Positions 49,908 through 63,095 of a stretch of DNA of 64,000 nucleotides are shown piece after piece. Position numbers and translations under genes: made by a program. Where the stretch lies: NCBI RefSeq assembly GCF_038025025.1, contig NW_027117340.1:558001-622000 (forward strand), read 5' to 3'. Every line of letters starts with the position of its first letter. Positions within the stretch are counted from its first letter, which is position 1. The stretch comes from Phyllosticta citribraziliensis (Eukaryota). The notes beneath the pieces were generated by a model that was not told where the DNA came from, did not search any database, and worked only from the letters and a program-made list of their open reading frames with translations.

Positions 49908-50736
49908 ATGGACGACGACAATCGAATATCAATCACAATCTGCGGCGACGGCGGATGCGGTAAGTAGTCTGTCCGTGTGCGTGTGCGTGTGCGTGTGCAT
50001 GTGCAACAAAAAGACATGGCCACTGACGCGCCCATCACCATGGCACAGGAAAATCCTCCATAACCCTCCGCCTGGTACGCAGCGCCTGGACCAACGACTA
50101 CGACCCCACAATCGAGGACTCGTACAGCGTCACACGCACAATCGATGGCCAGACCTACTACCTCGCCCTGACCGACACGGCGGGCCAGGAAGAGTACCGC
50201 GGCCTCTGGGCGGCGTCCAATCTGCGCAGCGATGCCTTTCTGCTCGTCTACGACATCACCAACCCGTCGTCGCTCGACGCCCTCGACTACTTCATGGACA
50301 TGATAGAAATGGAGACGGAGCAGCGGCTGGACAATGGCGGCGTGCCCCCCATCAAGATTGTTGCCGGCAACAAGTGCGACTTGCAGAGCGCGCGCCAGGT
50401 GCGCAGCCAGCAGGGCCTCGAGTGGGCGCGCAGCCGCCGCTGCGGCTTCATGGAGACGAGCGCCCGCGAAATGGTCAACATTGAAGAAACCTTTGCGTGT
50501 ATGTTGTTGCCCCGCACCACCTCAAAGCGAGGCGCGCCGTGACTGACTTCCTTGGCCGGCCCGTAGTGCTCGTCCGCCGCGTCGTCGAAGCGCGCCGCGT
50601 CCACGTCTCCGGTTCCTCAGCCGCTGCGCAAACAGCGCCGCTGTCCGCCAACGAAAAGCAAATGTCGCCCGTCATGGACGACGCGGCGCGCGGCCGGCGC
50701 AAACGCAGCTTGTGGCGCAAGCTCAAATGCTGGTAG
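49908..50736 (+). CDS. Ras-family small GTPase (divergent Ras-like)
   Basis: Introns ~49960-50049 and ~50499-50566. G1 GDGGCGKS, effector region YDPTIEDSY, G3 DTAGQEEY, G4 NKCD, G5 ETSA. Confidence 0.9.
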
Positions 50737-51909
50737 CCGAATCGCCCGTCTCTCTTTACCGAGTAGCTCTCCTTCAAACCTGCCATTCGTCCTCGCCCCT
50801 CGTCTTTCTCTTCGATTCCACCACTAGTAGTACGCCTATACCCCCGGAAAGCTCTCTGTGACGAGAGCTTCTTCACCCTTTGACTCCGCTTCCTTTTTCC
50901 TCACGTTAGTTTTTACGTATGCTTTTTAAGTCGATTGATATCCCTGGGCAGGCCTCATCACTACACTGTTTTCATTCTACTTCCTTGTTCTTGATTTCAA
51001 TCTTGTTATATTTTCTTTTCAGTGATATCCACACAAGAGGGGCGGTGAAGAGATCTGGAGCAGTGTTATAGACGGGGTTTTTACCAAAAAAAATGGGCTG
51101 GACGGGAACGGAAGGAGGAAGAGAAAAAGTGCGCAAGCTACTCATCCAGCATCGTTTCTACTATCATGGATTCCTTTCCAAACGTCTTGCTCTTTCTCAT
51201 AGTCCGGTATCTTGATACTGTTGTATTCGTTTTTGCGCATATCACTACCTCTAGTTGTAGGTAGTCTAATCCCCTGCGCCCGTTGGGCAGCTGCAAAAGT
51301 TGGAACAGGAGAACCGAGGTAGAAAGGAGGCGTTGTTTGCGCCGTTGGCCATGAATGCATGGATGGTTCCATTGGCTCGCGTGGTCCATCTGTCTGGCCG
51401 GAGCGTACATGTTCGTCGGGTGTGAATAGCCAACAAACAAAAGCATAAACAGCATGGCACCTGTTCCAAAGTGCGGATCAAGACGCACCATCTGCCAGTC
51501 TAGCCCAGCAAAGATAAGCTGCGCGTTGTTGTTCGGCAAAAGTTTGCCTTACTCCTTAGGCATCACCGATCCGGCTTGGGGGACGCGTACAGCCTGGAAC
51601 CCTGGTTTAGCACTTGCGTTCCTGGATGGGGGCCTTTGGACTGAAGCTAGATCTAGACTAGGGAGATATGCGAGGCGACCGGCGCACGACCAGGAGACGT
51701 TGTGTTGTTGGAATCGCTGTGTTATTTCGGGCATTGATGGTGTGGTGTGGTATCAAACAAGTAGGTAAAAGAAAAAAAGATCAAGGAGAGCAAGACAGCA
51801 AAAACAACGCCTCCGCTAAGCAAGCACCCGAGGAAAATTCAAGCCTCAACAAGTCAAGCGGAGTGACAACGCAAAAAGCTGTTGCCGAAGAAAAGAAATA
51901 TTGCGCGTC

Positions 51910-52718
51910 TCATGAGTGCCCGCTGGGAGCATCCGTCAGTGGCACATACTGCACCGCGTACAGCTTCTTCCTCTCAACGCGGCCGTCCTGCTTCTTATCG
52001 ACGACATAAATGTGCTGCACGTAGCCCTCCTCGACGGGGACAAACAGGCGGCCGGGCGTCTTGAGCTGATCGACCAGCGCCTCATGGTGCTCAGCTGCGG
52101 CGGCGCCGACATGGATAGCATCGTACGGGGCGCCCTGGGGCCAGCCCTTGCGCCCATCGCCCTTGACGTACGTAATGGTGCCGTCTTGGAGCATCTTGCG
52201 GCCGGCGTCGCTCTTGGCCGTGTTGCTCTGCGCCATGTCTACTAGCGGCTGGATGTGGTCGATGCCGATGACGCTGCCCCCCGGCGTCACCAGCGACGCC
52301 AGCACCTGTGTCAGGTAGCCGGACCCGCTGCCGATGTCGAGGACCCGCGACCCGGGCTTGATGAAGGGCAGCAGCGATTCGCAGGCCGAGGCGTGCATGT
52401 GCGGCGCGCTGATGGTGGCGCTGTGCCCGATGGGCTGCGGCGAGTCTTCATATGCGCGCGCTGGCGCGTAGTGTGCGCGGTCGACCTATGGATGGTCAAG
52501 CAATCAGTCACTTGTTCATTCAGCGAATCAATAGCCATGCTCTGAGAAGCATTGCTACCGTCCTCTTTCTTTCTGGTAGTCCTTCAGCTTGTGCGGAGGT
52601 CGATGGGTCCCCGTACCTCGAGCATGGCGCGCTTGACGCGGTCGGAGGTAATGAGCCCTGCCGCTGCCATGTTGTTGATGAGCTCCGAGTTGGAGCTGCC
52701 AGAGCAGGCCCACGCCAT
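51910..52718 (-). CDS. PCM1: Protein-L-isoaspartate (D-aspartate) O-methyltransferase
   Basis: MAWACSGSSNSELI, one intron, then YEDSPQPIGHSATISAPHMH, VLDIGSGSGY, GDGRKGW, APYDAIHVGAAA and VQYVPLTD. Confidence 0.92.
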
Positions 52719-53189
52719 GGTGAAGAGGCGGCGCCGGCGGGAGAACAAGGCGGTGGATTGCGGCAGGCGAATCGTGACGGTGGCGGCGGAGATGGTTTCT
52801 GAAGATTGGCAATCGAATTGGAGACGTTTGGACTAACGAGAGATGGCGGGCGTAGACGGAAGAAATGGAGAGAGGTCAAGTACAACATGAGCCGTTGTTG
52901 TGCAGGACAAGGGAGCAGTCGAAGCATGTGCCACCTCAGTGGGGTGCGGGGAGGAAGGTGGCGCGACCTGGAGCTCCTGTGGCAGTGGGAGCTTCCGTGC
53001 AGTGGCTGGTGCGGGTGGACGGCGGGGCGGAGCGGAGCGGAGACCAAACAACGTCAAAGGAACAACGGTTACACAGGAACCCAGGATGTGCATGTAGTCT
53101 CCAAGGGGGAGGTCAATTGAAACACCAACATACAACAACAATGCGTAAACACCGCTCCCATCTCTCACTCCTCCTGCCACCCCGTCACG

Positions 53190-54344
53190 ATGGACTATAA
53201 CCACCTCTCTCCAGACGCCCTCTTCTCTCCATCCAAGGCCGCTCAACAGCGCGCCCAGGCCCATGACTGGCAACACGTCGAGACGTGGCTGTCGAAGCTG
53301 TATCCAGGCCAGCGGCTGCCCGCGTTTGAGCGCAACGAAGAGACGCTCAAGGCGCTGATGGCCATGGCGGCCGCCAACGAGCGCGCCGACGAGGAGGCCG
53401 CGCTTTTGAACGCGTTGGAGGACGAGGTGCGCGACGAATTGGACGCAGTGAGCATCATCATCTCTCTTTCGAACGCACGTCTAACGCAATATCAGACCTC
53501 AAACCTAGACGACGACGACTCCACCGCCGCTCTCGTATCGTCAATCGAGTCGTCCTTATCCCCCACCGGCCTCCGCGCCCTCGACTTTCTCACCCGCCTA
53601 ACCAGCTCGCTCCCCTCATCAACCTACAGCCCAACCGCGCTCGCACACGCTCTGATCTCGCAATCCGCGCACCTGGCCTCCCTCTCAGCCCACCACGACG
53701 CGCTCGCCCACCTGCGCCTGCAGCTCGCCGCCACGCTGCACGATGTGCGCGCCACGCACGACGCGCTGACGACCGACCCGGCTCTGGCTCCGCACGCGGC
53801 GCTGCCGCGCCAGACGACGGATTTCGCCCGCCAGACCAAGCACCTGCTGCCCAAGCTGCGCGAGTACGAGGAGCGGCTCGCGGCGCTGGCCGCCGGCTGC
53901 CCGTGGTCGCCGGCAAACGCGGCGTCCGCTGCGCGGCCGTCGACCGCAGGCTCCACGGCGTCGACGGGCAGCACTCTGGGCGCCGCCGCTCCCCCGGGGA
54001 GCACCAGTCCCACGCTCTCGCGGCGGGGCGCCAACACGGCCGCGCGAAGATCGCCCGCTGCTGCCGCTGCCGGTGGCGCAGAAGACGACGTCGAGCCGCC
54101 GACCCACCTGCTGTCCTCCTCGCTGAACCCCTTTTCCGCTTCTGCGCTGGCGGCGCTGGTCGCGCAGACACGCGACGTCGATGCGTTGCGTCAAGAGGTC
54201 GAGGCGTCGGAAAGCCAGGTGCGTGCGTTCAAAGACCTCCCTGCTGATAGGGACGAGGCGCGGAGGGTTGTGCGGGCGAGGGAGGCGCACTTGGCGCAGC
54301 TGAGGGCGGAGAGGGATGGTGCTTTTGAGGGGCTTGTCGGGTAG
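53190..54344 (+). CDS. Coiled-coil protein, probable HAUS1/augmin subunit 1 homologue
   Basis: N-terminal WLSKLY...PAFERNEETLKAL and C-terminal AFKDLPADRDEARR resemble fungal HAUS1-like proteins; in-frame intron 53448-53495; internal Ala/Ser-rich insert. Confidence 0.65.
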   Translation: MDYNHLSPDALFSPSKAAQQRAQAHDWQHVETWLSKLYPGQRLPAFERNEETLKALMAMAAANERADEEAALLNALEDEVRDELDAVSIIISLSNARLTQYQTSNLDDDDSTAALVSSIESSLSPTGLRALDFLTRLTSSLPSSTYSPTALAHALISQSAHLASLSAHHDALAHLRLQLAATLHDVRATHDALTTDPALAPHAALPRQTTDFARQTKHLLPKLREYEERLAALAAGCPWSPANAASAARPSTAGSTASTGSTLGAAAPPGSTSPTLSRRGANTAARRSPAAAAAGGAEDDVEPPTHLLSSSLNPFSASALAALVAQTRDVDALRQEVEASESQVRAFKDLPADRDEARRVVRAREAHLAQLRAERDGAFEGLVG

Positions 54345-55492
54345 GAGAAGGGGAGGGCGAGATGAGACGATGGGGGAGGCGAGGCGTGGGGCATACAATG
54401 GGACGCCACAGTGAGGCCGTTTAGGGGATAGGCAGGTACGTTTTGTTCAAGACAGAGAAGCAGACGAAGAAGCAGTTCTCCCATTATGCTACTAGTTCCT
54501 CCGTTTATCCACACACGGTACTGCCGGGAAAGGAAAGAACAAGAGAGTGACATTACTCAATCACCTCAAGCCAACTCTCCATTACCTCCTCCTCCTCCTC
54601 CTCTGCCTCTGCGCACAGACATACACATCTACACACACATAACCCAGCTATAGCCAAATCAAAGTCTAGAACGCAAGGACCCCACACCACATCATATAGA
54701 CAACATCCACCCAGCTACCAGCCTGGCAGCCAGTCAGCCATAACAGACCGACCAATCTCCCGTCCTGTCCAGATGAGGAGACCCCGCGTGCGCGAAGCAC
54801 TCAAGACAGACAGCCAGACAAGTCAAGAAAAACGAAGACGAGTGAGTACAAGGAAAGAGACGAAAGAGAGAAATTTTTGAATTGTTTGAAAAGACCACCC
54901 CCACCCAGCCAGCCAGCAAGTCTTCTCTACCTGCACTACCGTCTCTTGCCTGCGAAGTCTGCCAGGCCTGATTGCCACTAATAGACATACATATACATGC
55001 ACATAGCCAGCTACTAGCTCAATCGACGCCACCGCTCTGCTCAAGCCAGTCGCACATGGCACAGCAGCAGCAGCGCGTCAGAATGCTCCCTGCGCTGCCC
55101 CCGCGCCCACATTTTGAGTCTGCTGGCTACCTGATCGGAGAAGTGAAGAAGGATGGGGAAGGAGAGAGAGGACGTGAGATCATGAATCGTGCGCTATCGT
55201 TCGTACATGGACGCATGAAGGAAAGAAGGTCTGAAAGAAGGCAGCGATAAAAACTTTTGTACAAGAAGTCAAGGAGGGAAAGAGAGAGACTGTGTGTGGG
55301 TGGAAACAGGCAGCGCTTTCAGTGCAGTGCTCTCAATGATGCAGGAGGCCAGTGGCAGTAGGGCCGTCGTTTCGTTCCGTCTTCCAGTTGTGCAAAACAG
55401 AACCGCGACAGGCAGGTCGACGCGCTGTTGTCTTGACTGGCGCGGAATGCAAAAAACGCGGTAGGAACGCGCAGCAGCTGAGCGCGCGTCTC

Positions 55493-56884
55493 TCAATGGA
55501 ACAACGCATCAAGAATCCCCCAAAACTTCTCGGTGCCCATGGTGCCCTCATAGTCTAGCTTCCACAAGTTATTGTGCGCCGAAAACAGCACCAAGTCTGA
55601 CTTGTTGCCGACGAAAGCCTCTTTGAGACTCGCAATGGCCGCCCGGTGATTTTCTTCATCAGGGATTGGGCGGTTGCCAAAGGCTGAGAGGGGCCACGAC
55701 GTGCTGTGCGGCCAGCCCGACTCGGCGATGACGGTGCGTCTGTTGCCGCAGCCCTGTTTGAAGCGCTCGATCTGCATCTGGACGAATCTGCCCGCGTCTG
55801 AGCCTTTGTTGAAGTAGCCTGAATTGTCGAAGAAGGCATGGCAGTTGGCCGCATTGTAGTCCGATTCTTTGCATAGGTGGAGACCGCTGCCGTCGGAATT
55901 GAGGAATGTCTCGATTGTGTCGACGGTCACGACGGGACCGTCAAAGCCGCCGCCATTCAGTACGCCGCGCGCTGCTCGAATTCCGGCAATGACTTGGCCA
56001 ACTGAAGCGGCGCCAGTCTTCACAGCCTCATTGCCGACGCTGACAGTGTCGACGCGGCTCCAGTCTCCATTGAACCACCTTTCGATGGCGTCGACGATTT
56101 GCTGTGCTTCGGAAGCCGCATTGTTGACATTGTAGATGCCGAGGAAGAGCCTCATGCCATCATATCTCTTAACAGCGGAAAAGACTGTGTTGAGCTGGTC
56201 ACAGTCGCAGCCGTAGATGCGAAGCATTGCGTAGTCCTTCAAAAGGTCGATGTCGCGGCTAACAGCATCCGCATTCTTGCACGTGCCATCGTCATTGTAC
56301 GGGTTGTAGCTGATTCCGTAGCCATTGTTGACCGGGCCAGGGGAGAACGTTGGAGCAGGAGCCAATGACGGTTGCGGCGCAGATGCAGTTGGCTCTGGGA
56401 TGCTCACAGGAGGCGGCGGGGGAGGAGCCTGGGTCGTGGAGGACAGAGTCGTAGGCGCCGGCGGTGGCGGAGGAGCTGGAGGTTGCTCCGAGGACGTTGG
56501 AGCAGGGGGAGGAACCACGATGGGAGGGAGCGGCGTGCTTGGAGGAGCCGGAGGAGGCTCAGGGGAAGAAGTTGGGGGAGGAGGAGGCGGCGGCGGCGGA
56601 GGCAGAAGCTCAGTCGTCGAAGTCGGGATTGGAATCTGAGGTATTCCTTCGGTAAAGGTAAAGGTTTCGGATCCGAAGACCTCGATGACGACAAGGGGAG
56701 CAGTCACGGTGACAATCTCGACCTCTGTTACCAGAGCGCGACGCTCATTGTGCAAGTGACGGTGGTGGCCTGCATGCGCGTCAGTGCGTCATCCTCAAGC
56801 GCAAACAAATTGATACTCACGGTGCGGCTGCGCAGCAGAGAACCCAATGAGAGAAACGAGTGTGAGGAAGATTCCAGCCTTCAT
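55493..56884 (-). CDS. Secreted GH17 cell-wall glucanase/transglucosylase (Scw4/Scw11-like) with a Pro-rich linker
   Basis: Signal peptide MKAGIFLTLVSLIGFSAAQP, intron 56820-56770, poly-Pro region, then GISYNPY, RIYGCDCDQ, VSVGNE (acid/base) and IAESGWP (nucleophile). Confidence 0.9.
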
Positions 56885-58258
56885 GTTGGAAGAGTTGGGG
56901 CGGCAACGGCCGCAAATTCAGTGAGCGAGCGTGGAGAGAAGAACTGCAATGGCCGGCCAGCGGCGTCAGCACATGGTCTGAATTGAGCGTTGGCAGCACA
57001 ATCAGCAAGAGCCGGGACAGGGGACCGAGCCGTCGTCAGAGATATCGTACGGCTGAGTGTGTGGTGGAGAGGCGCCTCAAATGCGCAGCGAGGTGACTTT
57101 GCTTACCAGCAGTCTCCAAGGCAACTTGAGCTCACAGGAATGTGAGGGTCAGGCCTGGCAAACAAAGCACCGCGAGAGAACAGCCAATGCGACTGGAATC
57201 TCGAGTGCTCTGTGAGACTTGGCTGGCTCGATTTTGTCTTCAGGGATTCCTTGTCGCAAGAGCAAAGCCTGGGCAGTGTTGTACGCACGAGCGCGTGCAA
57301 TGAAGGAATGTGAGATTAAGGAACGGCGCAAGGGACACGGTCCACAAAGGAGAGAAGAGAGGGTATGTGTTGCAGAAGAGCAGGACGCAGACGAAGCCGA
57401 AGAGGAGAGAAAGGCGGAAGTAGAGGAAGTGGTTAGGTGCAGTAGAGCGATAGAGTTTCCGGGAAAGTTTGGATTTGATTACCAGCACGCCTTGGAAGGT
57501 ACCCGCAAGACGCAAGCCTCAGGCAGTTCCCTCCCGGCCCGTCGCTGCTTAGCGAATGAGATGTGCAATCTTACTCGTCCTCGAACAGGTCCTGTTGGAC
57601 GTCCTGCGCAATGGTCCACGCTCCCATGCCACCATACGCCTCGGCCTCCTTGTCGGTCTGCCAGAACTGCCACACATTGGCCAGGCTCAAGTCTCGTCTT
57701 ACAACCGCCCAGCTCAGCAGCAGCGCAGCAGTCAAGGACAGCCCAGGTGGTCGACCTTTTCGTCTCACACTGGCGCACGAGGCGCGGAGCTCCTCCACAA
57801 CGGCCTTGCATGCCATGCTCCAGTGACACCGCAACGGTTTTCTAGCCGTCCACATGCACGGCCGTCCGGTGGGACGTGGGCAACGTCAGGAGCCAAGGCA
57901 GACGGCAGACGCAATGGAACTCTACAGCTGTCAGTCAGCGTCGCAGGCTGCTCAGGCCCTCAATGCCGTCAGACTTAGCGCGCTTCCCCGCAGCCAGGCG
58001 CATGCTACTGTACCCTTCCAGCATGCATGATCTTGATTTGGCCGTGCATCAGGCCGTTCGTCGGGGAAGGAGGGCAATCGATGGGCGCGGTCAACGTTTG
58101 ACGTTTGAAGCTAGGCAAGGGCCAGGCGGAAAGAAACATTTCCTTTGGATGCGGGGAGTCGGGTGCGTCTTGCCCTGACTCTGCCGATCCGGCCATGGCA
58201 TCGACTCGCCCGGTCTCAGGCCCGCGCCTCGGCCCGTGTTGCACGGCCACCTTCACAT

Positions 58259-58282
58259 CCCCCCCCCCCCCCCCCCCCCCCC
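58259..58282. repeat. Poly-C24 homopolymer
   Basis: Directly visible run. Confidence 0.9.
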
Positions 58283-58615
58283 TAAGGTATCCAAATGCTC
58301 GGTCAAGACATGCAGACGGGCGCGTGTCGACAAGACATGATGATTCACAAGTCACAACCTCATCCCGTCACGGCACGAGACAACCAGCGGTATGCGCACC
58401 ATTGAACGACGAATTCGATAAAAACGCAATACAACGCCAAGTGGTATCTGGATTCGTCCACGTCCGACATCCCTCGCATCGTCCTCCCCCCTGGTTTCGC
58501 AACGCTAAGCTTTGTTTCCCAAAAGAAAAGAAAAACAACGTTGCAACGCAATGCAAAGAAACTCGTCAACTCGTGAGGCTACCGTCGCCAGACTGCTCCG
58601 TGCCATGGGTATCAT

Positions 58616-61196
58616 TCATGTGGCCATCGACCCCTGTCTAGGGTACTCGCCGGGGATGTGAAGGTTGCTAACGCTCATGTCCGTGTCTCGACGGTTCATC
58701 GAGGGAAGAGGATTGTCAGTCTTTTGAGCACCATCCGCATTCAAAGTTGCCGTCGCATTCGAGAGCTCGGTCTGGCTCGTGCCGCCGCCAATGTTTGTTC
58801 CATTGGATTCCACATTGGCAGCGGCAACGAATGCTCCCTCCGAGTCGACAGTCGGAGCGAACGAGGAATTCTGTCTCTCCAGAGGCGTACGAGATGCCAC
58901 CTCGGCCTTCCCCTCTCGCTGTTCGTGAATAGCTTCAGTGCCCGCCACACCAGCCGCGGCACCTGTCGGTACCAACCAGTCCTGGTACGTGGTCGTACTA
59001 TTGTGCCTTTGAAAGTCAGGCGCATTCGATGAAGACGAATGGGCGGGAGATACCTGCTGAATCTGAGGCTGGTATGCATACTGTGCGTCATGGCTGCCGT
59101 CTGGCTGTCCAGACGGAAATGCTTCGTACTGATGCGTATTTGGCTGGCGGTATTGGCGCGGAGGCTCGGCGGCGTAGTGGGCCGACGTCTCGGGCTGGTG
59201 GTGTTGCAGTCCCCCGGCAGCAGTCGTCAGGTCATGATCGGCGTCGGAGCTACCACTAGACGGCGAGAGTGGAGCCTGTAAGTGATGATTGACAGCAAGA
59301 TCCGAAGGAAAGCGCCCACCTGGTGCAGGCCGTATCGCTTGTGGTTGTTTAATGCCTACGTCAGAGCTCTGTGCCGAGTAAGGAACCTCGTCTGCCTCAT
59401 TGTCGTCGAGGCCGTCGCTGCTCACAGATCGCGCGCTCCCTTGGCTGACGCTCCGAGTGTGCTTCCGGATAAAAGTCTCGCGCTCGAGTCCGCTCGTTTC
59501 TGTCAGCGACCGAATGTCCTCGTACCAGGCAAGCATCGTATCGTATGACTCGGCGCGGAAAACCCAGGTGTGACCGCGGTGCATCGATCCGGCTTGTCGA
59601 CCCTTGAGAATGAACTTGTGCGACGACGAGCCCGGTTGGGAGTGGGTGCCAAGTTTCTGGTCCGGCAAATACAGTGACATCACCGGCGGTTGAGTATAGA
59701 TGCGATCTGCGGACTTGAACTCGTGCAGGTGGGTGGGCGACAAGACGTACCTGCTTGAATATTAGAAATCGTCAATGGAGCCAATCATAAAAGCACTTAC
59801 CAGCCCGGCGTATAGCTCTTGAGGTATTTGCTCTTACGCTCCAACATGCCAGCGCGAATCTCAGCCGCCGCTGGGTGGTGTTTTCCGGGATATTCAATTT
59901 CGTCAATGTTGCGCAAGGGTGTCCTGGGGTTGACAAAGTGCGGGTCGTGTTCGACGAACTCGGTCCACTCCAAGTCCTTGGGAATGGAAAGAGGGCCTGC
60001 GCGGAGTCTCTCCGCCGTCTCGTAAGCCTCGTCAGCTTCACGCTTGAGGATACCAGCCAGCGCATTGTAGGCCTTTTGGATTTCGCCCACAACAATCGAC
60101 TCCAATTCCCGGCCGGATCCCTCAAGGTTGAGGTATGCCTAGATAAGTCAGCGGTGGTGCAGATTTCAATGGCGAGAGCAGCCTACCCTGTGCAAATAGT
60201 TTTCCTCCTCTATTTGCTTCTCAATCTGGCGCTCAACAGAAAGTCTCACGACAAAGGGATCGCCCTTGCCGACCACGGAAGACGGGTCGATTTCGACGGC
60301 GGCCAAGGCATCTTCGAGGTGGGCCACGGCCTTGCGCGTCCCATCCTTTTCCTTCTCGACCGAGTTTTTAAAGTCACCAGAAAGTGACTTGATTTCTTTG
60401 ATCTTGTTGCCGAGGTCTGACCTCAGGCCGCTCAGCTGCGAAATCACGTCGGTTTCAATGTCGCGGGCTTTGTTGGCCTCGACGACCGACTGCTTATGAT
60501 AATCGCGTAATATGCGGTTGGCCTCGTTGATGCCTCCGTCGGTAAGAAAGATGGATGGCGTGTTGGTGTTGTTGATGACGTTGGACACCTTGACCAAGGC
60601 TTTTGCGCGCGTCTCGTACGACGATTGTACCTCGCGAAAGTAGGTAATCAGGTCCTTGAGGAGCTTGCGCCATGCTGCAGCTTGCGTCAATCCCAGCCAT
60701 GCAGATCAAGAAATTTTTGAAGTTTGTGCGTACCTTGGAACCTGTTTGCCAGAATGTCGGTGGGGGTGCCGGAAGTGGGGACGGGCGTGTAAAAGACATT
60801 GTTGAAGCTGTCTGGGCTTTTGGAATCATCCTGGACAGCGATGCCCTTGATGCTGCCGGCGTGCATGCTCCTGCGACTTCCGCTTCTCCTGATGCTGGTC
60901 CTTCTACTGACGGAGCTCTTCTTTTTCAAAGTGCCGCTGCGCGAGACGCCGCCAGCTGCGGCCGAAGAGCGTTGGGATGCGCGCGAGGCAGAGCGGTGGA
61001 TTCCGTCGCCGTCGAGAATGGAGGAGCCGCGCTGGCTGGCGTCGAATTCTTCGTTGAAGCGACCTGGACCTGGACCAGGCAGTTGGTGGGGCGCGAGCGA
61101 CTGTGAAAGCGGGGATGAATCCATGGCGGCGGCAGAGTCTGGGCCTGTCGGCGAGAGTCGGTGGCCGCGCGAGAGACGGTCGGGGTTATAGGCCAT
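58616..61196 (-). CDS. BAR-PH domain protein (Slm1/Slm2-like)
   Basis: ORFs 60687-61196, 60166-60690, 59797-60105 and 58616-59743 are separated by short introns. Motifs PTDILANRF, AWRKLLKDL, GMLERKSKYLKSYTPGW, LHEFKSAD and WVFRAESYDTMLAWYEDI. Confidence 0.85.
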
Positions 61197-63095
61197 GGGC
61201 GGGAGAGGCGGCAGCAGTGTGTGGGTGGGAAAACAAAGAGCAAGGCAGGCAGATAACTATCTACCAACAATGTGGATGCCCGGCAACGGAGATGACGTGA
61301 TGATGGCAAGCCAAAGGCCGTTCAGGTAATGTATGTAGGTCGTTGTGGGCTGAAGATGGAGGCGCAGCACAGGGAAGTGGCGACGGGCGGGCAATGTCGC
61401 GAGTTGAGAGAGCTGAGGGAGAGGGAGAGCGAGGCGCAGCGTTGAGTGTACACCCAAACCAGCACATGTATACAGGTAGCAAGTCATGGCGATGCCCACA
61501 AGATGAACAGAATGGAAGCCCGGGCAGGTCACAGGAGAGGCTGACGTCACTAGCCCGCATGCAGCTCCAATTTTGCGGGAGGTGGTGATCCTCTTGACTT
61601 GACAGGCACTGCACCAGAGCCGTCGCACTGTGGCGCTGCTAGTCGCACACCTCACCTCATGTCACTCCGTGCGGCCATCCTCCTGCCGGGCGCCTGTTCA
61701 TTGCTTGCATTGATGAATGCTCCCGTCAACATTGGCAATCTGACCATTGGTCAATTCATCTCTTTAATTTCGAACCCCATTGTTCCCCCCAGACCCTGAC
61801 GGTTATTCCTGCAGCGACACCCGCCGAGGCCAGGGATATGTGTTTGCGCCGTTCGTTTCGTTTCAACACCAGCCCGTCTGGACCCCTCTCGACCGCAGCT
61901 TAGACCCGGCCTACGTCCTGTCTTGTGAACGTGCCTCCTTGACCGATTGCAAATAGCGCGCCAGCCCATCATCACCAAACTCCTCGACCCTCATCTCCCA
62001 AAACACCATGACGCAATCCAGTCCTTCTTCCTGCTGTCATGAGGATGTATGGCTCGACGCCATCTACGGACGTACCCGCCTCCTCCAAATTCGGACACGA
62101 CATCAACAACGCCCTCGGCCCCCGCCCATCCGTTCCTCAGTTCGTCCACATGGCAACCTGAGAATTGCGGGTACCCGCTGCAATGCACGGCCGGGGGGCT
62201 CGTGGGGCGTTCGCGGATCATCTTCACCTCCCACCCGCCAGGCCGTCGCTCTCCATGTGAGAAACCTTCAGGGTCGGCCAGAGCAAGCAAAGCAGCCGAG
62301 CGAGAGATGACGGCAGCTCTGCTTGTCACGCGTTTCGGTTTGATCATCTGGCCTGGTACGTAGCTACCGATCCAAGCCATCAAACCAGACACTTGGAGAC
62401 ATGTTGTTGCTTGGTCGAACATGTACCGGAACCCAGGCTCCGATTCCCACGGCCTCGGCACCCCTTTCGCCATGTCGAATCGCAATGCCGATCCCCACCA
62501 CCAGGGAACATGAAGCCAACAGAGATCTCCATGCCTGCCTGCCCCGCTGCCATGTGCATATGGACCCCGTCCCCCCACGTCGCTTATCCTGAACCCCTTT
62601 CACCCTAGTCTCACTGCAGACCCCTGAGCTACATCGCGTCCCCAAAACGATAAAAGCGAGAATAAACAGGTAAATACTCATCTACTTCGACAGCTCGGTT
62701 GCAGCCGCGATACGAGACGGCAATGTCAAAATGCGTCTCCTGCTCGTACACGGCTGATGAGCACCGCGAGCTTGCGAGCTAACGACTGCTTCGAACGCCG
62801 AAGCGAAATTGCAAGGCGCCTTTGCCTTCTCATTTGCCGGAACCAATGACTTATCCTTTCCTCTGTATTCTACTTAGGCTTATGGTGTTGAGGGATGGGC
62901 AATCGCTTTCGACTGCGCGTGATCTAGAGGACCACCGTTGACGGGCAAAGATATGGATGAACAACATTTGCTCTGTAGCAGATATACTTTCCTATTTTAC
63001 AACGCCAAAGGCTCCTCCGCTCTGCTAGTTTGCAAAGTACCCAATAAAGCGTCTGCGATGCACGGCAAAACAGAGAAGAACACGCACAGCAATAC

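Noticed and set aside
58259..58282. Poly-C24 as a functional G-quadruplex element
   Set aside because: A single homopolymer in a repeat-rich genome, with no supporting context; its length may be a sequencing artefact.
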